This document shows positions 48,729-59,462 of a stretch of DNA of 64,000 bases, one piece after another. The position numbers and the translations under genes were made by a program. The notes beneath the pieces are model-generated. The model saw nothing but the letters and a program-made list of their open reading frames with translations, searched no databases and was not told where the DNA came from. Origin of the DNA: Nitrospinales bacterium (GTDB lineage: Bacteria > Nitrospinota > Nitrospinia > Nitrospinales > VA-1); NCBI GenBank assembly GCA_965223345.1, contig CBDCWG010000012.1, positions 1,472,001 through 1,536,000 on the forward strand. The letters run 5' to 3'. Position 1 is the first letter of the stretch, and every line of letters begins with the position of its first letter.

Positions 48729-51700
48729 GTGCAGGGCATGAATCCATCCTTTAAATTCTCACCTAAAATCAGCACAAAAATCATCGCAATGGCTGTGCTG
48801 CTTGTCGGATTCACGGCTTTCTTCACGAACCGGAATTACTTCCACAACACGCAGGACATACTGGTCGCCGATCAGATCGGGGCGCTGGAAGAGGAATCGC
48901 GGCTGCTGATCTCCCCCATTCGAAAATCCATCAACGAACTGAAAATCGATTTGACCAAACTGCATGCGGAACCGGCGTTGCTGAACATGCTGGCAAACAA
49001 TAGCCAGAAGAATATCGATGCGCTGGCTGATAAGTTTAGAAAGCTGCTGTTGGTCAACCCGAATTACTTTCAGGCACGGTTTATCGATGAAAACGGCCAG
49101 GAGCTGTTGAGCCTTGACCGTAAGGGAAGACATATCATCCGCGGCACTCGGAAACAGTTACAAAACAAGGCCGAGACTTCCTATTTCAAAGAATCCATTG
49201 AGATGAAACCCGGGCTGATCTATCTCTCGGAGATAGAGCCGAACAGGGAATTTGGCCGAATCATACGCCCAATCACACTCGTATTGCGCGCCGTTCTGCC
49301 CGTCTACCGCAAAGATGAAACGCTGGCCGGGCTTCTGGTGATCAATTTGAATATGTCCCGGCTTTTGAATGAACTGAGCCAGGAAGTCCAAGCCAAGCGC
49401 AGTCTGTACGTGACCAACACGCATGGCGAATATCTCTGGCATCCCAAGCGAGAATATTTGCTCGGCGTCACCCCCGAAAAAATTACCATTCAGGATGAAT
49501 TTCCCAAAAGCCAACAGGTTGTGGAGGGCTATAAGCGTAAACTGCTGGCTGAAACGAAGGATGGGAAAATTCTCTCGTACATCGCTTTGCCTTTTGATGC
49601 GTTGAATCCCCATCGCCTGCTGGGTGTGGGCCTGACTGCGCAGCGCGATGTTTTGCTGGCAGACATTGAAGCACTACATCGACGGAATAACCTGTTTTCG
49701 ATTGGGATGGTTTTGCTCTCCGCTTTTCTGGCGGCGGTCTTTGGCCGGGTTATCACCGCCCCTCTTAAACAAGTCACAGAGATTGCGGAAAAATTTCCTG
49801 AAGAAACGGATACCCGCGATTTGCCTGCACACAAACAGGATGAGACGGGAGCGCTCGCGCGTAGCTTCATCCGTCTTATGCGGGAAGTCTTGGATCGGGA
49901 ATGGCTGCGGACGGGACAATTGAATGTGGTTTCTTCCATACGAGGCAATTTGAACGTTGAAGAAACGGCCGCTAAAATTTTAAAAAGCCTTTGCAATTAC
50001 CTCGAAGTCCCGCTCGCCGCGTTGTACCAGGTGCAGGAGGATGATTCTCTCCGCTTCATCAAAGGTTATGCGATCGATGGCGAAGCAAAAGCCGAGCAAA
50101 TGATTGCGGCCGGTGATTCCGTTTTGGCCACAGTTTTAGATAGCGGTGTCATCCAGGTCGATAACGAGATCCCCGAGAATTACTTCCGCATCCATTCCGG
50201 ATTGGGCGAGACACGCCCGGTTGCACGGCTTATCGCGCCAATCATTCTCGAGGACAAATCCATCGCCGTGATCGAGCTCGCCGGCGTGAAGGCATTTTCT
50301 GATAAAGCAATCAGTTTGATGGAGCATCTTTCAGAAACCATCGGGCTGGGTTTGCTCGCGGCGGTATTGCGGGAAAACACCGTTGATATGCTCACGCAAA
50401 GCCGGGCCCAGGAGGCGGAGCTCAGCGCATCCAACGAGCAGTTGGAGGTGAACGCAAAATCATTGGAGGAAAAACAAGAAGAGCTGCAGAGGCAGGCGGC
50501 GGAAATGGAAGCACAGAACTTCCAGCTTGAGGAACAGAAAGCGCGAATTGAAGAGCAATCGGCTGATATCAAACAAAAAATGGCAGAAATTGAGCGCGTC
50601 AGCACCTACAAATCCGAATTTCTCGCAAATATGAGCCATGAACTGCGGACTCCCCTCAACAGTCTTCTGATCCTTGCCAAATCCTTTCAGGATAATGAAG
50701 ACGGAAATTTAACACCGGATCAGGTCGAGGAAGCGGGCATGATATATAGCGGAGGCGTGGAGCTGCTCTCGCTGATCAATGATGTTCTTGATTTTTCCAA
50801 AATTGAGGCGGGGCAGGTCAACATCATCAAGAATGATGTGCCTATTCAAACTGTGGTGCAAAAGCTGGCGGCACAATTCTTACCGCTGGCCCGTGAAAGG
50901 GGCGTCGAATTGTTGCTGGAAGTGAATACCGGCGTTCCGGAAACGATTCACACCGATGGGCAGCGTTTGGAACAGGTGCTGAAAAACTTTCTGTCCAATG
51001 CCATTAAATTCACGGAAGAAGGCAGCGTGACGCTCAAGGTTTTCCATGAAGCTGAATACGATCGAATCGCCTTTGCGGTTGCGGATACTGGAATCGGCAT
51101 CAACCCGGACAAACAGGGAGAAATATTTGAAGCATTCAGGCAGGAAGACGGTTCCATCGACCGCAAGTTCGGTGGTACCGGGCTTGGGCTGTCGATCTCT
51201 CAGCAACTCGCGAAGCTTCTTGGCGGTAAAATCACGCTGAACAGTCAAAAAGATCGGGGCAGCACATTTATTCTGCACTTGCCGGTGACGGATGCAGACA
51301 ACGCTGCCGGTACCGATGAAAACTCTCATGCCGAAACGCTGGATGTGTTTCCTGCTGAAACAATACGCAAGACCGATCTGACTTCCGATCAGGATGAAAA
51401 AACGCTGCTGGTGGTTGAGGATGATCAACGCTTTGCGGCCACCCTCAGAAAACTGGCGAACAAAAAAGGCTATGTGACCTATGTGGCCCATACCGGCAAG
51501 GATGCGTTGATGATGGCGCATATCCATAAACCGAGGGGAATCATCCTGGATTTGATGCTGCCGGATATGGATGGAATGAAAGTGTTGGAGCAGCTTAAGG
51601 GGAACATCAAAACGCGTCATATTCCCGTCCATGTTGTGTCCGCCCGGAATGACCCTGGCCGGGATTCATTGAAAAAGGGGGCCATTGGTTATTTGAGCAA

Positions 51701-52595
51701 ACCGGTCAACCCGGAACAAATGGATGCGATATTTGCCCGAGTCGCCACCGTGAATCAGGAAACGATCAAACATGTTCTTGTGATTGAAGATGATGAAAAA
51801 ACTCAAAAAGCGGTGAAAAAATTATTGCAGGGAAAAGATGTTGAAATAACTTGCGTCAGTGAAGGCAGAGATGGCCTGGAAAAGTTAAATGCGCAGGATT
51901 TTGATTGCGTGATCCTGGATTTGCAGTTGCCCGATATGACCGGTTTTGACTGGCTGAGACACGTTGAATCGAATGGTCACAAGGCGGTTCCGCCTGTGGT
52001 GGTTTATACCGCGCGCAAACTGACGCGCGAAGAAACACGCACGCTGGAGGAATACACCGGCTCCATCATTATTAAAGGAGCGCATTCGCCCGCCCGGCTT
52101 GTCGATGAAGTGATGCTCTTTCTGCATAGCGTTGAAGAAAACTTAAACGAGGAACAACGCCGCATCATCACCATGCAGTACGATTCCGATGAAATCCTGA
52201 AGTCGCGTAAAATCTTGCTGGTCGATGATGATATGCGCAATGTGTTTGCCATGTCTAAAATGCTTAAAAAGCAGGGTATGGAGGTGGTGATTGCCGATAA
52301 CGGCCAGATGGCGCTCGAACAACTCGATAAAGAAGAGGGTATCGACCTCGTTGTGATGGATATCATGATGCCGGTCATGGGCGGTTATGAAGCCACACAA
52401 AAAATCCGCCAGCATCCTGTCTATAAAGATCTGCCGGTGATTGCCCTGACCGCCCGCACGATGCCGGATGAGCGCGAAAAGTGTTTGGCCGCCGGGGCCA
52501 ACGATTATCTTGCCAAACCGGTTGATATCGAAGTGCTGCTCACTCTCATGCGCGTCTTACTTTTCGAGAAAAAAGAAGTGGCGGCCCGATGCTAA
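48729..52595 (+). CDS. Hybrid histidine kinase (Cache-HAMP-GAF-HisKA-HATPase-3xREC)
   Basis: FLANMSHELRTPLN, NAIKFT, GGTGLGL, three receiver domains. Confidence 0.93.
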   Translation: MQGMNPSFKFSPKISTKIIAMAVLLVGFTAFFTNRNYFHNTQDILVADQIGALEEESRLLISPIRKSINELKIDLTKLHAEPALLNMLANNSQKNIDALADKFRKLLLVNPNYFQARFIDENGQELLSLDRKGRHIIRGTRKQLQNKAETSYFKESIEMKPGLIYLSEIEPNREFGRIIRPITLVLRAVLPVYRKDETLAGLLVINLNMSRLLNELSQEVQAKRSLYVTNTHGEYLWHPKREYLLGVTPEKITIQDEFPKSQQVVEGYKRKLLAETKDGKILSYIALPFDALNPHRLLGVGLTAQRDVLLADIEALHRRNNLFSIGMVLLSAFLAAVFGRVITAPLKQVTEIAEKFPEETDTRDLPAHKQDETGALARSFIRLMREVLDREWLRTGQLNVVSSIRGNLNVEETAAKILKSLCNYLEVPLAALYQVQEDDSLRFIKGYAIDGEAKAEQMIAAGDSVLATVLDSGVIQVDNEIPENYFRIHSGLGETRPVARLIAPIILEDKSIAVIELAGVKAFSDKAISLMEHLSETIGLGLLAAVLRENTVDMLTQSRAQEAELSASNEQLEVNAKSLEEKQEELQRQAAEMEAQNFQLEEQKARIEEQSADIKQKMAEIERVSTYKSEFLANMSHELRTPLNSLLILAKSFQDNEDGNLTPDQVEEAGMIYSGGVELLSLINDVLDFSKIEAGQVNIIKNDVPIQTVVQKLAAQFLPLARERGVELLLEVNTGVPETIHTDGQRLEQVLKNFLSNAIKFTEEGSVTLKVFHEAEYDRIAFAVADTGIGINPDKQGEIFEAFRQEDGSIDRKFGGTGLGLSISQQLAKLLGGKITLNSQKDRGSTFILHLPVTDADNAAGTDENSHAETLDVFPAETIRKTDLTSDQDEKTLLVVEDDQRFAATLRKLANKKGYVTYVAHTGKDALMMAHIHKPRGIILDLMLPDMDGMKVLEQLKGNIKTRHIPVHVVSARNDPGRDSLKKGAIGYLSKPVNPEQMDAIFARVATVNQETIKHVLVIEDDEKTQKAVKKLLQGKDVEITCVSEGRDGLEKLNAQDFDCVILDLQLPDMTGFDWLRHVESNGHKAVPPVVVYTARKLTREETRTLEEYTGSIIIKGAHSPARLVDEVMLFLHSVEENLNEEQRRIITMQYDSDEILKSRKILLVDDDMRNVFAMSKMLKKQGMEVVIADNGQMALEQLDKEEGIDLVVMDIMMPVMGGYEATQKIRQHPVYKDLPVIALTARTMPDEREKCLAAGANDYLAKPVDIEVLLTLMRVLLFEKKEVAARC

Positions 52596-53506
52596 ATCCT
52601 CAGCTTGGCAATGACCGCATGAAAGGGGGGACTTCTCACTCAAATCCGCGGGATAAAATGCATGAGAATGCGACAAGGGATTTGCGAGCGAAGGTCGAAT
52701 CCCTTGAGGTCGATTTGATTTTAAAAACACTCAAGGATTTGCACGGTTATGATTTCACCCATTATTCCAGAGATTCGTTGCTGCGCAGGTTACAAGACTT
52801 TGTCCATGCAAATGAGCTTCAGAACATTGCAGAAATTATTCCTCTGTTGCTGAGGACTCCGAAATTTTTAGATGAGTTTTTACCCAGATTGTCCATTGGT
52901 GTCACCGAAATGTTCCGGGACCCTGAGTTTTTCCTCAGTATCAGAGAAAGAGTTTTGCCGAATCTGACAACTTATCCCTATGTCAAAATCTGGCATGCGG
53001 GCTGTTCCACGGGCGAGGAGGTGTATTCCAATGCCATTCTGCTTGATGAATACGGCCTGTTGGATCGCAGTGTTATCTACGGGACGGATTTTAACAATCA
53101 AGCGTTGGACCAGGCTGTATCCGGCGTGTATTCCCTGAAGGCTTTGAAGGATTATCAAAAATCCTACCGGGCGGCAGGAGGGCAGGGAAGTTTGTCAGAA
53201 TACTATCATGACTCTTACGAGAACGGCATCATGCATGAGAATCTAAAACGTAACGTCACGTTTTCTCATCACAACCTGGTTCAGGATGGCGTGTTCGGAG
53301 AGATGACCCTGATATTATGCCGCAACGTATTGATCTATTTTGATCTCGACCTGCAAAATCAGGTTTTGAAATTGCTGACAGACAGCTTGCGCCCCGGCGG
53401 TTATTTGTGTCTGGGACGGAACGAAAGCTTGAACTCTCGGGGCTCTGATACCGGATACGAGATCATCGATCGGACGAACAAAATCTATAGAAAAGTGGTT
53501 TATTGA
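52589..53506 (+). CDS. cheR: CheR-type methyltransferase
   Basis: GYDF..Y, VTEMFRD, IWHAGCSTGEEVYS, CRNVLIYF; start uncertain. Confidence 0.9.
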   Translation: MLNPQLGNDRMKGGTSHSNPRDKMHENATRDLRAKVESLEVDLILKTLKDLHGYDFTHYSRDSLLRRLQDFVHANELQNIAEIIPLLLRTPKFLDEFLPRLSIGVTEMFRDPEFFLSIRERVLPNLTTYPYVKIWHAGCSTGEEVYSNAILLDEYGLLDRSVIYGTDFNNQALDQAVSGVYSLKALKDYQKSYRAAGGQGSLSEYYHDSYENGIMHENLKRNVTFSHHNLVQDGVFGEMTLILCRNVLIYFDLDLQNQVLKLLTDSLRPGGYLCLGRNESLNSRGSDTGYEIIDRTNKIYRKVVY

Positions 53507-53517
53507 GGAGAGAGAAC

Positions 53518-54681
53518 ATGGGTTCGGCGACGCAAAAATCGGGCACGGACAGTTCACAAAATGAAATCATGCCGGTCTCTACTGAAAAGGCCAAGATTTT
53601 AGTGGTGGACGATCGTCCTGAAAATCTGATTGCCACTCGAAAAATTTTGAAATCCATTGACGCTGAGGTCCTTGAAGCCGAATCCGGAAACGCCGCGCTT
53701 TCTCTCATGCTGCGCCATCGCTTTGCTGTGGTCTTGCTGGATGTGCAAATGCCGGAAATGGATGGATTTGAAGTCGCGAGATTGATGAACGAACATGAAG
53801 AAATGAAAAATACGCCCGTCGTGTTTGTCACGGCTATCAGCAAGGAGGAGCACTTTGCCGATCGAGCGGCGGAAATAGGGGCGGTGGATTACATCTACAA
53901 GCCGATCAACTCAAATATTCTCAAAAGCAAAGTGCAGGTTTATGTCGATCTGTTCTCACAACAAAAACAGCTCAGAAAGTTGAACGACATTCTAAAGAAA
54001 AATAATGAAGAGCTCGAACGCTTTGCCTACATCTGCTCTCATGATTTACAGGAACCCGCACGAATGATGGGTTCGTTTGCTGAATTTCTGCATGAAGATT
54101 ATAAGGATTTGCTGGATGATAAAGGGCAAAAATATCTGGACTTCATTTATCAGGGCGCGAGCCAAATGCAAAAAATGATCAATGATATTTTGACATTTTC
54201 GCGTGTGGGGCATGAGGCGGTTGAATTGAAAAATGTAGATAGCCAGGAAATCGTCCAGAATATTGTCAGCAAATTAGACAAAGATATAAAAGACATAAAT
54301 GCAAATATTGTGATCGGTCGCTTGCCGGTCTTGCAAACAAGCGAAACGCTAGTGAGTGTGTTGATGCAAAATTTAATCAGCAATGCACTAAAATATCAGG
54401 ACGGCCGCGAACCGCTTGAAATCGAAATACAGGCTGAAGAATCACAAGAAGCGTGGCTCTTTTCGGTCAAAGACAATGGGATCGGGATCAAGCCGGAATA
54501 TGAGCACAAAGTATTTGCCATGTTTCAGCGTATTCACCGTAAGGAAGATTACCCCGGCACGGGGATTGGCTTGAGCACCTGCAAGAAGTACATTGAACTG
54601 TACGGCGGGAAAATCTGGTTTGAATCTACTCCGGATCAGGGCAGCATATTTTTATTCACCATTCCCAAAAAACAGGGTTGA
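53518..54681 (+). CDS. REC-histidine kinase (phytochrome-type transmitter)
   Basis: VDDRPEN; LERFAY.CSHDLQEP; DNGIGI; GTGIGL. Confidence 0.92.
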   Translation: MGSATQKSGTDSSQNEIMPVSTEKAKILVVDDRPENLIATRKILKSIDAEVLEAESGNAALSLMLRHRFAVVLLDVQMPEMDGFEVARLMNEHEEMKNTPVVFVTAISKEEHFADRAAEIGAVDYIYKPINSNILKSKVQVYVDLFSQQKQLRKLNDILKKNNEELERFAYICSHDLQEPARMMGSFAEFLHEDYKDLLDDKGQKYLDFIYQGASQMQKMINDILTFSRVGHEAVELKNVDSQEIVQNIVSKLDKDIKDINANIVIGRLPVLQTSETLVSVLMQNLISNALKYQDGREPLEIEIQAEESQEAWLFSVKDNGIGIKPEYEHKVFAMFQRIHRKEDYPGTGIGLSTCKKYIELYGGKIWFESTPDQGSIFLFTIPKKQG

Positions 54682-54687
54682 GTCTAC

Positions 54688-55128
54688 ATGAATAAAAACA
54701 AAACTGTAAAAATCCTGCTCATTGAAGACAATGAAGGCGATGTCATGTTGACACAAAGGGCCTTTGAAAAAAGCGCCATGGACATTAGCCTGAACATCGC
54801 ATACGACGGACATGAGGGTATGCAATACCTTCGGCAGGAAGGCGAATTTGCAAATACGGAAATACCGGATATCATCTTGCTGGACATCAATATGCCAAAA
54901 ATGAATGGTAAAGAAGTTTTAGAGGAAATCAAAAATGACGAACGCCTGAAAATAATTCCTGTGATCATGCTCACGAGTTCAGAGGCGCAAAGGGATATTC
55001 TTGAGTCTTACAAAAGACATGCAAACTCCTATGTCATTAAGCCATTCTCTCCCGATGAATTTTGTGATGTCGCGAAAAAAATTGAAGAATTCTGGCTGAA
55101 TACTGCAAAGCTTCCCAGCGAAGATTGA
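54688..55128 (+). CDS. Rcp1-like single-domain response regulator
   Basis: EDNEGD, LLDINMPKMNG, ANSYVIKP, FW. Confidence 0.92.
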   Translation: MNKNKTVKILLIEDNEGDVMLTQRAFEKSAMDISLNIAYDGHEGMQYLRQEGEFANTEIPDIILLDINMPKMNGKEVLEEIKNDERLKIIPVIMLTSSEAQRDILESYKRHANSYVIKPFSPDEFCDVAKKIEEFWLNTAKLPSED

Positions 55129-55493
55129 GCCTGTTTCAGGTTTAACTCGTTAAATAAGATTCGGTGCCTTGATCCGTCGGTTGAAGGTTCGAGTGCTTCA
55201 GGGTTTACCAGATAATTTGGGGGGTGCGAGAGATCGCATCCTTTTTTTGTGAAAAATTCTAATAGGAGGGCAGGGTGGGGTGGCTGAATCACAGGGTTCC
55301 AAAATGCCCGATATCCAATTATCGGTTTTTCGAAATCGGTTCTTGAAACGCGTCGAACTTTCTCCAAGATAAATCTATTCTGCAGCCCTGCCTACGGGTA
55401 CAATTCTTTAATTCGATCGTCACCCCTGCGTTGGCATCCAAATTGCTATTTTTAGATTATGTGTATCTCATTGGTTGAAATCCACCACCTCGT

Positions 55494-56966
55494 ATGAGCG
55501 CATCCACCCACCGGGCAGTCGTTTTCGCGATCCGTCCCGGCGTCCTGGTCCGTTATCTGTGCCTGCTTATCGGGTTGTTCGGCGTTCTGTCCTGCATCCC
55601 GCTTGCGGTGGCGCTGGCATCCGGTGGGGGCGCTTCGGTTTTGACGCAGGCCGTTGTGGTGGGTGCGGCCCTGCTGCTGGGAGGGGTGGGGGTTTTCGCC
55701 ACCCGCAGGCGCAATATCCACCTGCAGCGCAACGAATCGCTCGCGCTGGTGGCACTGGTGTTCGTCGTCCTTCCCCTCATGCAGACGATTCCCGTCATGA
55801 GCCACGGCATTCCGTTCATGGACGCCTGGTTCGAAGCGGTCTCCGGGGTCACGACGACGGGCCTGTCCACACTCGGCACCGTCGAGGACAAACCCGTATC
55901 GTTTCTGTTCGCGCGCGGCTGGATGCAGTGGGTGGGCGGTCTGGGCATCGTCGTGCTGGCCCTGGCGCTGGTGCTTCAGCCGGGTATCGTCACCCGGAAA
56001 CTGGGGTTCGACTCCCGCGAAGTGGAAGACGTGGTCGGCGGAACCCGCGCTCACGCCCGGCGCATCCTCATCGCCTACGTCGTGTTGACCACGATGATCG
56101 GCCTGGCGCTGCTGGCAGCCGGGAGCGGCGCGACCGACGCCTGGGTGCACGCGATGGCGGCGATCTCGACCGGCGGGTTTGCCAATCACGACGACAGCCT
56201 CGCCGGCGTTGCGACGCTGGAGCGCGGCATCGTTCTCGCAGGTTGTCTCGCGGGTGCGGTTTCGTTTCATTTATATTACCGGCGCCAGTTTTCCAGCTGG
56301 GGCCGGGTGTTCGGCGACGTGCAGTTTCTCCTGTTGCTGGCGCTGGTCGCCGTGGTGACGGCGCTGCTGTTTGCGGCCCTGTCGCGCGATCCGGCACTCA
56401 GCCCGCTGGCGCGCGGCGAACAGGCCCTGTGGATGGCGTTGTCGGCGCAGACCACGGCGGGTTTTGCGACGATGCCGCCGCAGGAGATGGGCCCGGTTGC
56501 ACTGGCAGTCCTGAGCCTGGCCATGCTGGTTGGAGGCGGCCTCGGCTCGACGGCGGGCGGCATCAAGGTTTTGCGTCTGATGATCGTCCTGCGGGTGGTG
56601 CAACTTTACCTGCAGCGGCTGTCCGCCTCCGCCCACGCCCGCATTCCGGACCGCTTTCTGGGCACGCCGCTCACGTCCGGAGACATCCAGGGTGTGGTGG
56701 CGGTGTGCAACGTGTACGCGGCGACGCTGCTGGTATCCTGGTTGATTTTTGTGCACTGCGGCCACGATCCGCTGCGTTCCCTGTTCGAAGTCAGCTCGGC
56801 GCTGGCCACGGCGGGGCTTTCCGCCGGGATCACCGGGCCGCAACTGGAAACCGGGCTCAAACTGGTTTTGATCGTCAACATGACGGTCGGGCGGGTGGAA
56901 GCCCTCGCGGTCGTCGTTCTGCTGATGCCGCGCAACTGGTTGGGAAAGAGGAGGCGGGTGACATGA
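55494..56966 (+). CDS. trkH: Trk K+ uptake membrane subunit
   Basis: FEAVSGVTTTG, QWVGGLG, STGGF, TTAGF, GSTAGGIK, FEVSSA, GRVE. Confidence 0.93.
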   Translation: MSASTHRAVVFAIRPGVLVRYLCLLIGLFGVLSCIPLAVALASGGGASVLTQAVVVGAALLLGGVGVFATRRRNIHLQRNESLALVALVFVVLPLMQTIPVMSHGIPFMDAWFEAVSGVTTTGLSTLGTVEDKPVSFLFARGWMQWVGGLGIVVLALALVLQPGIVTRKLGFDSREVEDVVGGTRAHARRILIAYVVLTTMIGLALLAAGSGATDAWVHAMAAISTGGFANHDDSLAGVATLERGIVLAGCLAGAVSFHLYYRRQFSSWGRVFGDVQFLLLLALVAVVTALLFAALSRDPALSPLARGEQALWMALSAQTTAGFATMPPQEMGPVALAVLSLAMLVGGGLGSTAGGIKVLRLMIVLRVVQLYLQRLSASAHARIPDRFLGTPLTSGDIQGVVAVCNVYAATLLVSWLIFVHCGHDPLRSLFEVSSALATAGLSAGITGPQLETGLKLVLIVNMTVGRVEALAVVVLLMPRNWLGKRRRVT

Positions 56967-57640
56967 GAGTGGTATTTGTGGGGGCCAGCAGCCTGACCGT
57001 GGTCACGGCGCGGCTGGCCATCGAGAAAGGGCACGAAGTGGTGATCGTGGAACTGGATCCGAAGCGAATCGACGCACTGAGCAGCGAGCTGGACTGCGGT
57101 TTCATAGAGGGAGACGGTTCGTTTCCCGCGATTCTGGAAGAAGTGGGGCCGGAAAACACCGATTTTCTCATCTGCCTCACGGACAACGATCAGGACAACA
57201 TCCTTGCGTCCCTGGTGGGGCAGGAGATGGCGTTCGACCGGGTCATCACGCGGATCGAGAACCCGGACTTCGACACGGTCTGCAAACGGTTGAAGCTGGA
57301 AGACGTGTTCAACCCCGACCGGCAGGTGGCGGACATGCTGCTCGACCGGGTGGAAGGCCACAAACACGCGCGCAACGCGACGGAGCTCAAGGGCGAGCTG
57401 TCCTTCTTCAAGTTTCAGGTCGTGGACGACACCGAAAAGAAACCCGATGCGCTCGGCCTGCCGGAAGACGCGCAACCTCTTTGCGTCGAGCGGGGCGAGG
57501 AGGGCCTGCTGATCGGCGACATCGAAACACTGAAAGAAGGCGATGTCGTCACCGTGATCACGCGCAAGGAACGCATTGAGGAACTGGCATCGAAATTTCA
57601 ACTTCCCCATGCATCGCGCAGCAACCGGAAAGGAGACTGA
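56963..57640 (+). CDS. trkA: Trk K+ uptake NAD-binding (RCK) subunit
   Basis: RBS GAGGAGG; MRVVFVGA, GDGS, D..NIL. Confidence 0.9.
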   Translation: MRVVFVGASSLTVVTARLAIEKGHEVVIVELDPKRIDALSSELDCGFIEGDGSFPAILEEVGPENTDFLICLTDNDQDNILASLVGQEMAFDRVITRIENPDFDTVCKRLKLEDVFNPDRQVADMLLDRVEGHKHARNATELKGELSFFKFQVVDDTEKKPDALGLPEDAQPLCVERGEEGLLIGDIETLKEGDVVTVITRKERIEELASKFQLPHASRSNRKGD

Positions 57641-57641
57641 C

Positions 57642-58628
57642 GTGGCAGCCCCTTCAGAGGCACAGGAACAGGCACAGACACAAGCAGACGGCGCAAATGA
57701 CAAAGCGGCGGACGATTCGCAAAACACGCTCATCGAAGCGCCGGATTCGATTGCGGACGTGGCCGAAACATTGCAGGAAACCCTGCTCAACATATGGAAG
57801 AATTTTTTGCAACACACCCCCTACCTTTTGGCAGGCATCGCTGTGCTGCTGTTGACCTGGATCGTGGCGGCCCTGTTTTCCAAACTGGGCCACCGGCTGT
57901 TCGAATTCAGGAACATTCGCAGATCTCTGGAAGATCTGATCATTCGGCTCATCACCATCGCGATCTGGATGGGCGGGCTGCTGCTGGCGGCGATGTTCTG
58001 GTTTCCCGGGCTCACGCCGACCACCGCTTTGGGAGGATTGGGAATCGCATCGATCGCCATCGGATTCGCGTTTCAGGATATCTTTGAAAACTTCTTTGCG
58101 GGCATCCTGCTGCTTTGGCGATTCCCTTTCGAAAGCGGCGATTTCATCGAATGCCAGGATATTCTGGGCCGGGTGGAATCCGTGGATATCCGCATGACGC
58201 AGATCCGGCTCACCACAGGGGAGCTGGTTCTGGTCCCCAACTCCACCCTGTTTAAAAACCCCGTTCAGGTGCTCACGAACAAACCCCACAGGCGCGTGAC
58301 CGTGACCACGGGCGTGGCTTATGGAGAGGATGTTTCCGAGTCGGTCGATGTCATCGAAGAAGCGGTCAAAAGCTGCGAAACCGTGAAAGCGGAGGAACCG
58401 GTCGAGATTTTTCCCAAAGCCTTCGGCTCCAGCAGCATCGACATCGAGGTCACCTGGTGGACCGGCAACAAGCCCCTCGACATCCGCCGCTCGCGCGGGG
58501 AGGTCGTCACCGCCGTCAAGCGGGCGCTGGATGAAGCCGGGATTGAAATTCCCTTCCCGTATCGGACGCTCACCTTCAAGGAACCGCTGGTTACGCAATC
58601 GCAGGATTCCCAGGATGCGTCTGGGTGA
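57642..58628 (+). CDS. MscS mechanosensitive channel
   Basis: GFAFQDI.ENF.AG, PF..GD.I, VPN, GIEIPFP; GTG start after AAGGAG. Confidence 0.92.
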   Translation: MAAPSEAQEQAQTQADGANDKAADDSQNTLIEAPDSIADVAETLQETLLNIWKNFLQHTPYLLAGIAVLLLTWIVAALFSKLGHRLFEFRNIRRSLEDLIIRLITIAIWMGGLLLAAMFWFPGLTPTTALGGLGIASIAIGFAFQDIFENFFAGILLLWRFPFESGDFIECQDILGRVESVDIRMTQIRLTTGELVLVPNSTLFKNPVQVLTNKPHRRVTVTTGVAYGEDVSESVDVIEEAVKSCETVKAEEPVEIFPKAFGSSSIDIEVTWWTGNKPLDIRRSRGEVVTAVKRALDEAGIEIPFPYRTLTFKEPLVTQSQDSQDASG

Positions 58629-58676
58629 AGAAACGATGGAACGCTGATTGACTCTGAAACTGGAAAGGATCTGGAT

Positions 58677-59435
58677 GTGAAAAATACGGTTCTGTTTTGC
58701 CTGGCGTTTTTAAGTGTTCTCGCGGTGAATGCGGAAGCCGGAATCGAGAACCGGCCTCTGAATACCGACGATGCGCAGACTCTCGATATGGATACCGGCA
58801 CGGTGGCGTTCGGTGCGGCCTATGTGAACGAAGCCAATGGCGCCGACGTCCTCGATTTTCCGCTCGATCTGGGTTACGGCGTGCGCAAGAATTTCGAGAT
58901 CACCATCAACATCCCGTTTTCCTATCTCAATCCCGAACCGGGGCCGGACGTGGCCGGGTTTTCGGACATTTCGATCCGCCCGGAACTGAATTTCCTGCAG
59001 GAAACCGAAACCCTGCCGGCCCTGTCGTTCGCGACGGTGTTCAAGCTCGACAACGGTGACGAAGCGCGCGGCCTGGGTTCCGGCGCTGTGGATTACTCCC
59101 TGTCCCTGCAGGCGAGCAAACGGTTCGCACCGGTGATCCTGCACGTCAACCTCGGCTACACCTTCGTCGGCGAGCCGACAGGTGTGGAGCGGGACGACGT
59201 GGTGTTTTACAACTTCGGTGCGGGATACACCCTCAACCCATCGTTGACGCTGGTCGGAGAGATCGTCGGTCAGACGAATTCCGATCCCCGTGGCGACGAC
59301 GACCTCTGGGAATGGCTGGCGGGTTTCATCTACCAGCCCGTTGCGGGTTACGCCTTCGATGTGGGGCTGGGAACCGGATTTACGGATGCCAGCCCGGACG
59401 TTCGCTTCACGATCGGGCTGACGCATTTTTTCTAG
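58677..59435 (+). CDS. Outer-membrane beta-barrel (transporter-like)
   Basis: Signal peptide, RPL.TDDA, LGSG..D, HVNLGY, C-terminal Phe. Confidence 0.75.
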   Translation: MKNTVLFCLAFLSVLAVNAEAGIENRPLNTDDAQTLDMDTGTVAFGAAYVNEANGADVLDFPLDLGYGVRKNFEITINIPFSYLNPEPGPDVAGFSDISIRPELNFLQETETLPALSFATVFKLDNGDEARGLGSGAVDYSLSLQASKRFAPVILHVNLGYTFVGEPTGVERDDVVFYNFGAGYTLNPSLTLVGEIVGQTNSDPRGDDDLWEWLAGFIYQPVAGYAFDVGLGTGFTDASPDVRFTIGLTHFF

Positions 59436-59462
59436 GCCGGGTCCGCAACGGGGGCGCTGCGT

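Noticed and set aside
55475..56962. 721-aa ORF suggesting a long N-terminal extension of TrkA
   Set aside because: Arg/Gly-rich off-frame read of GC-rich trkH; the real start is ATG 56963 with its own RBS
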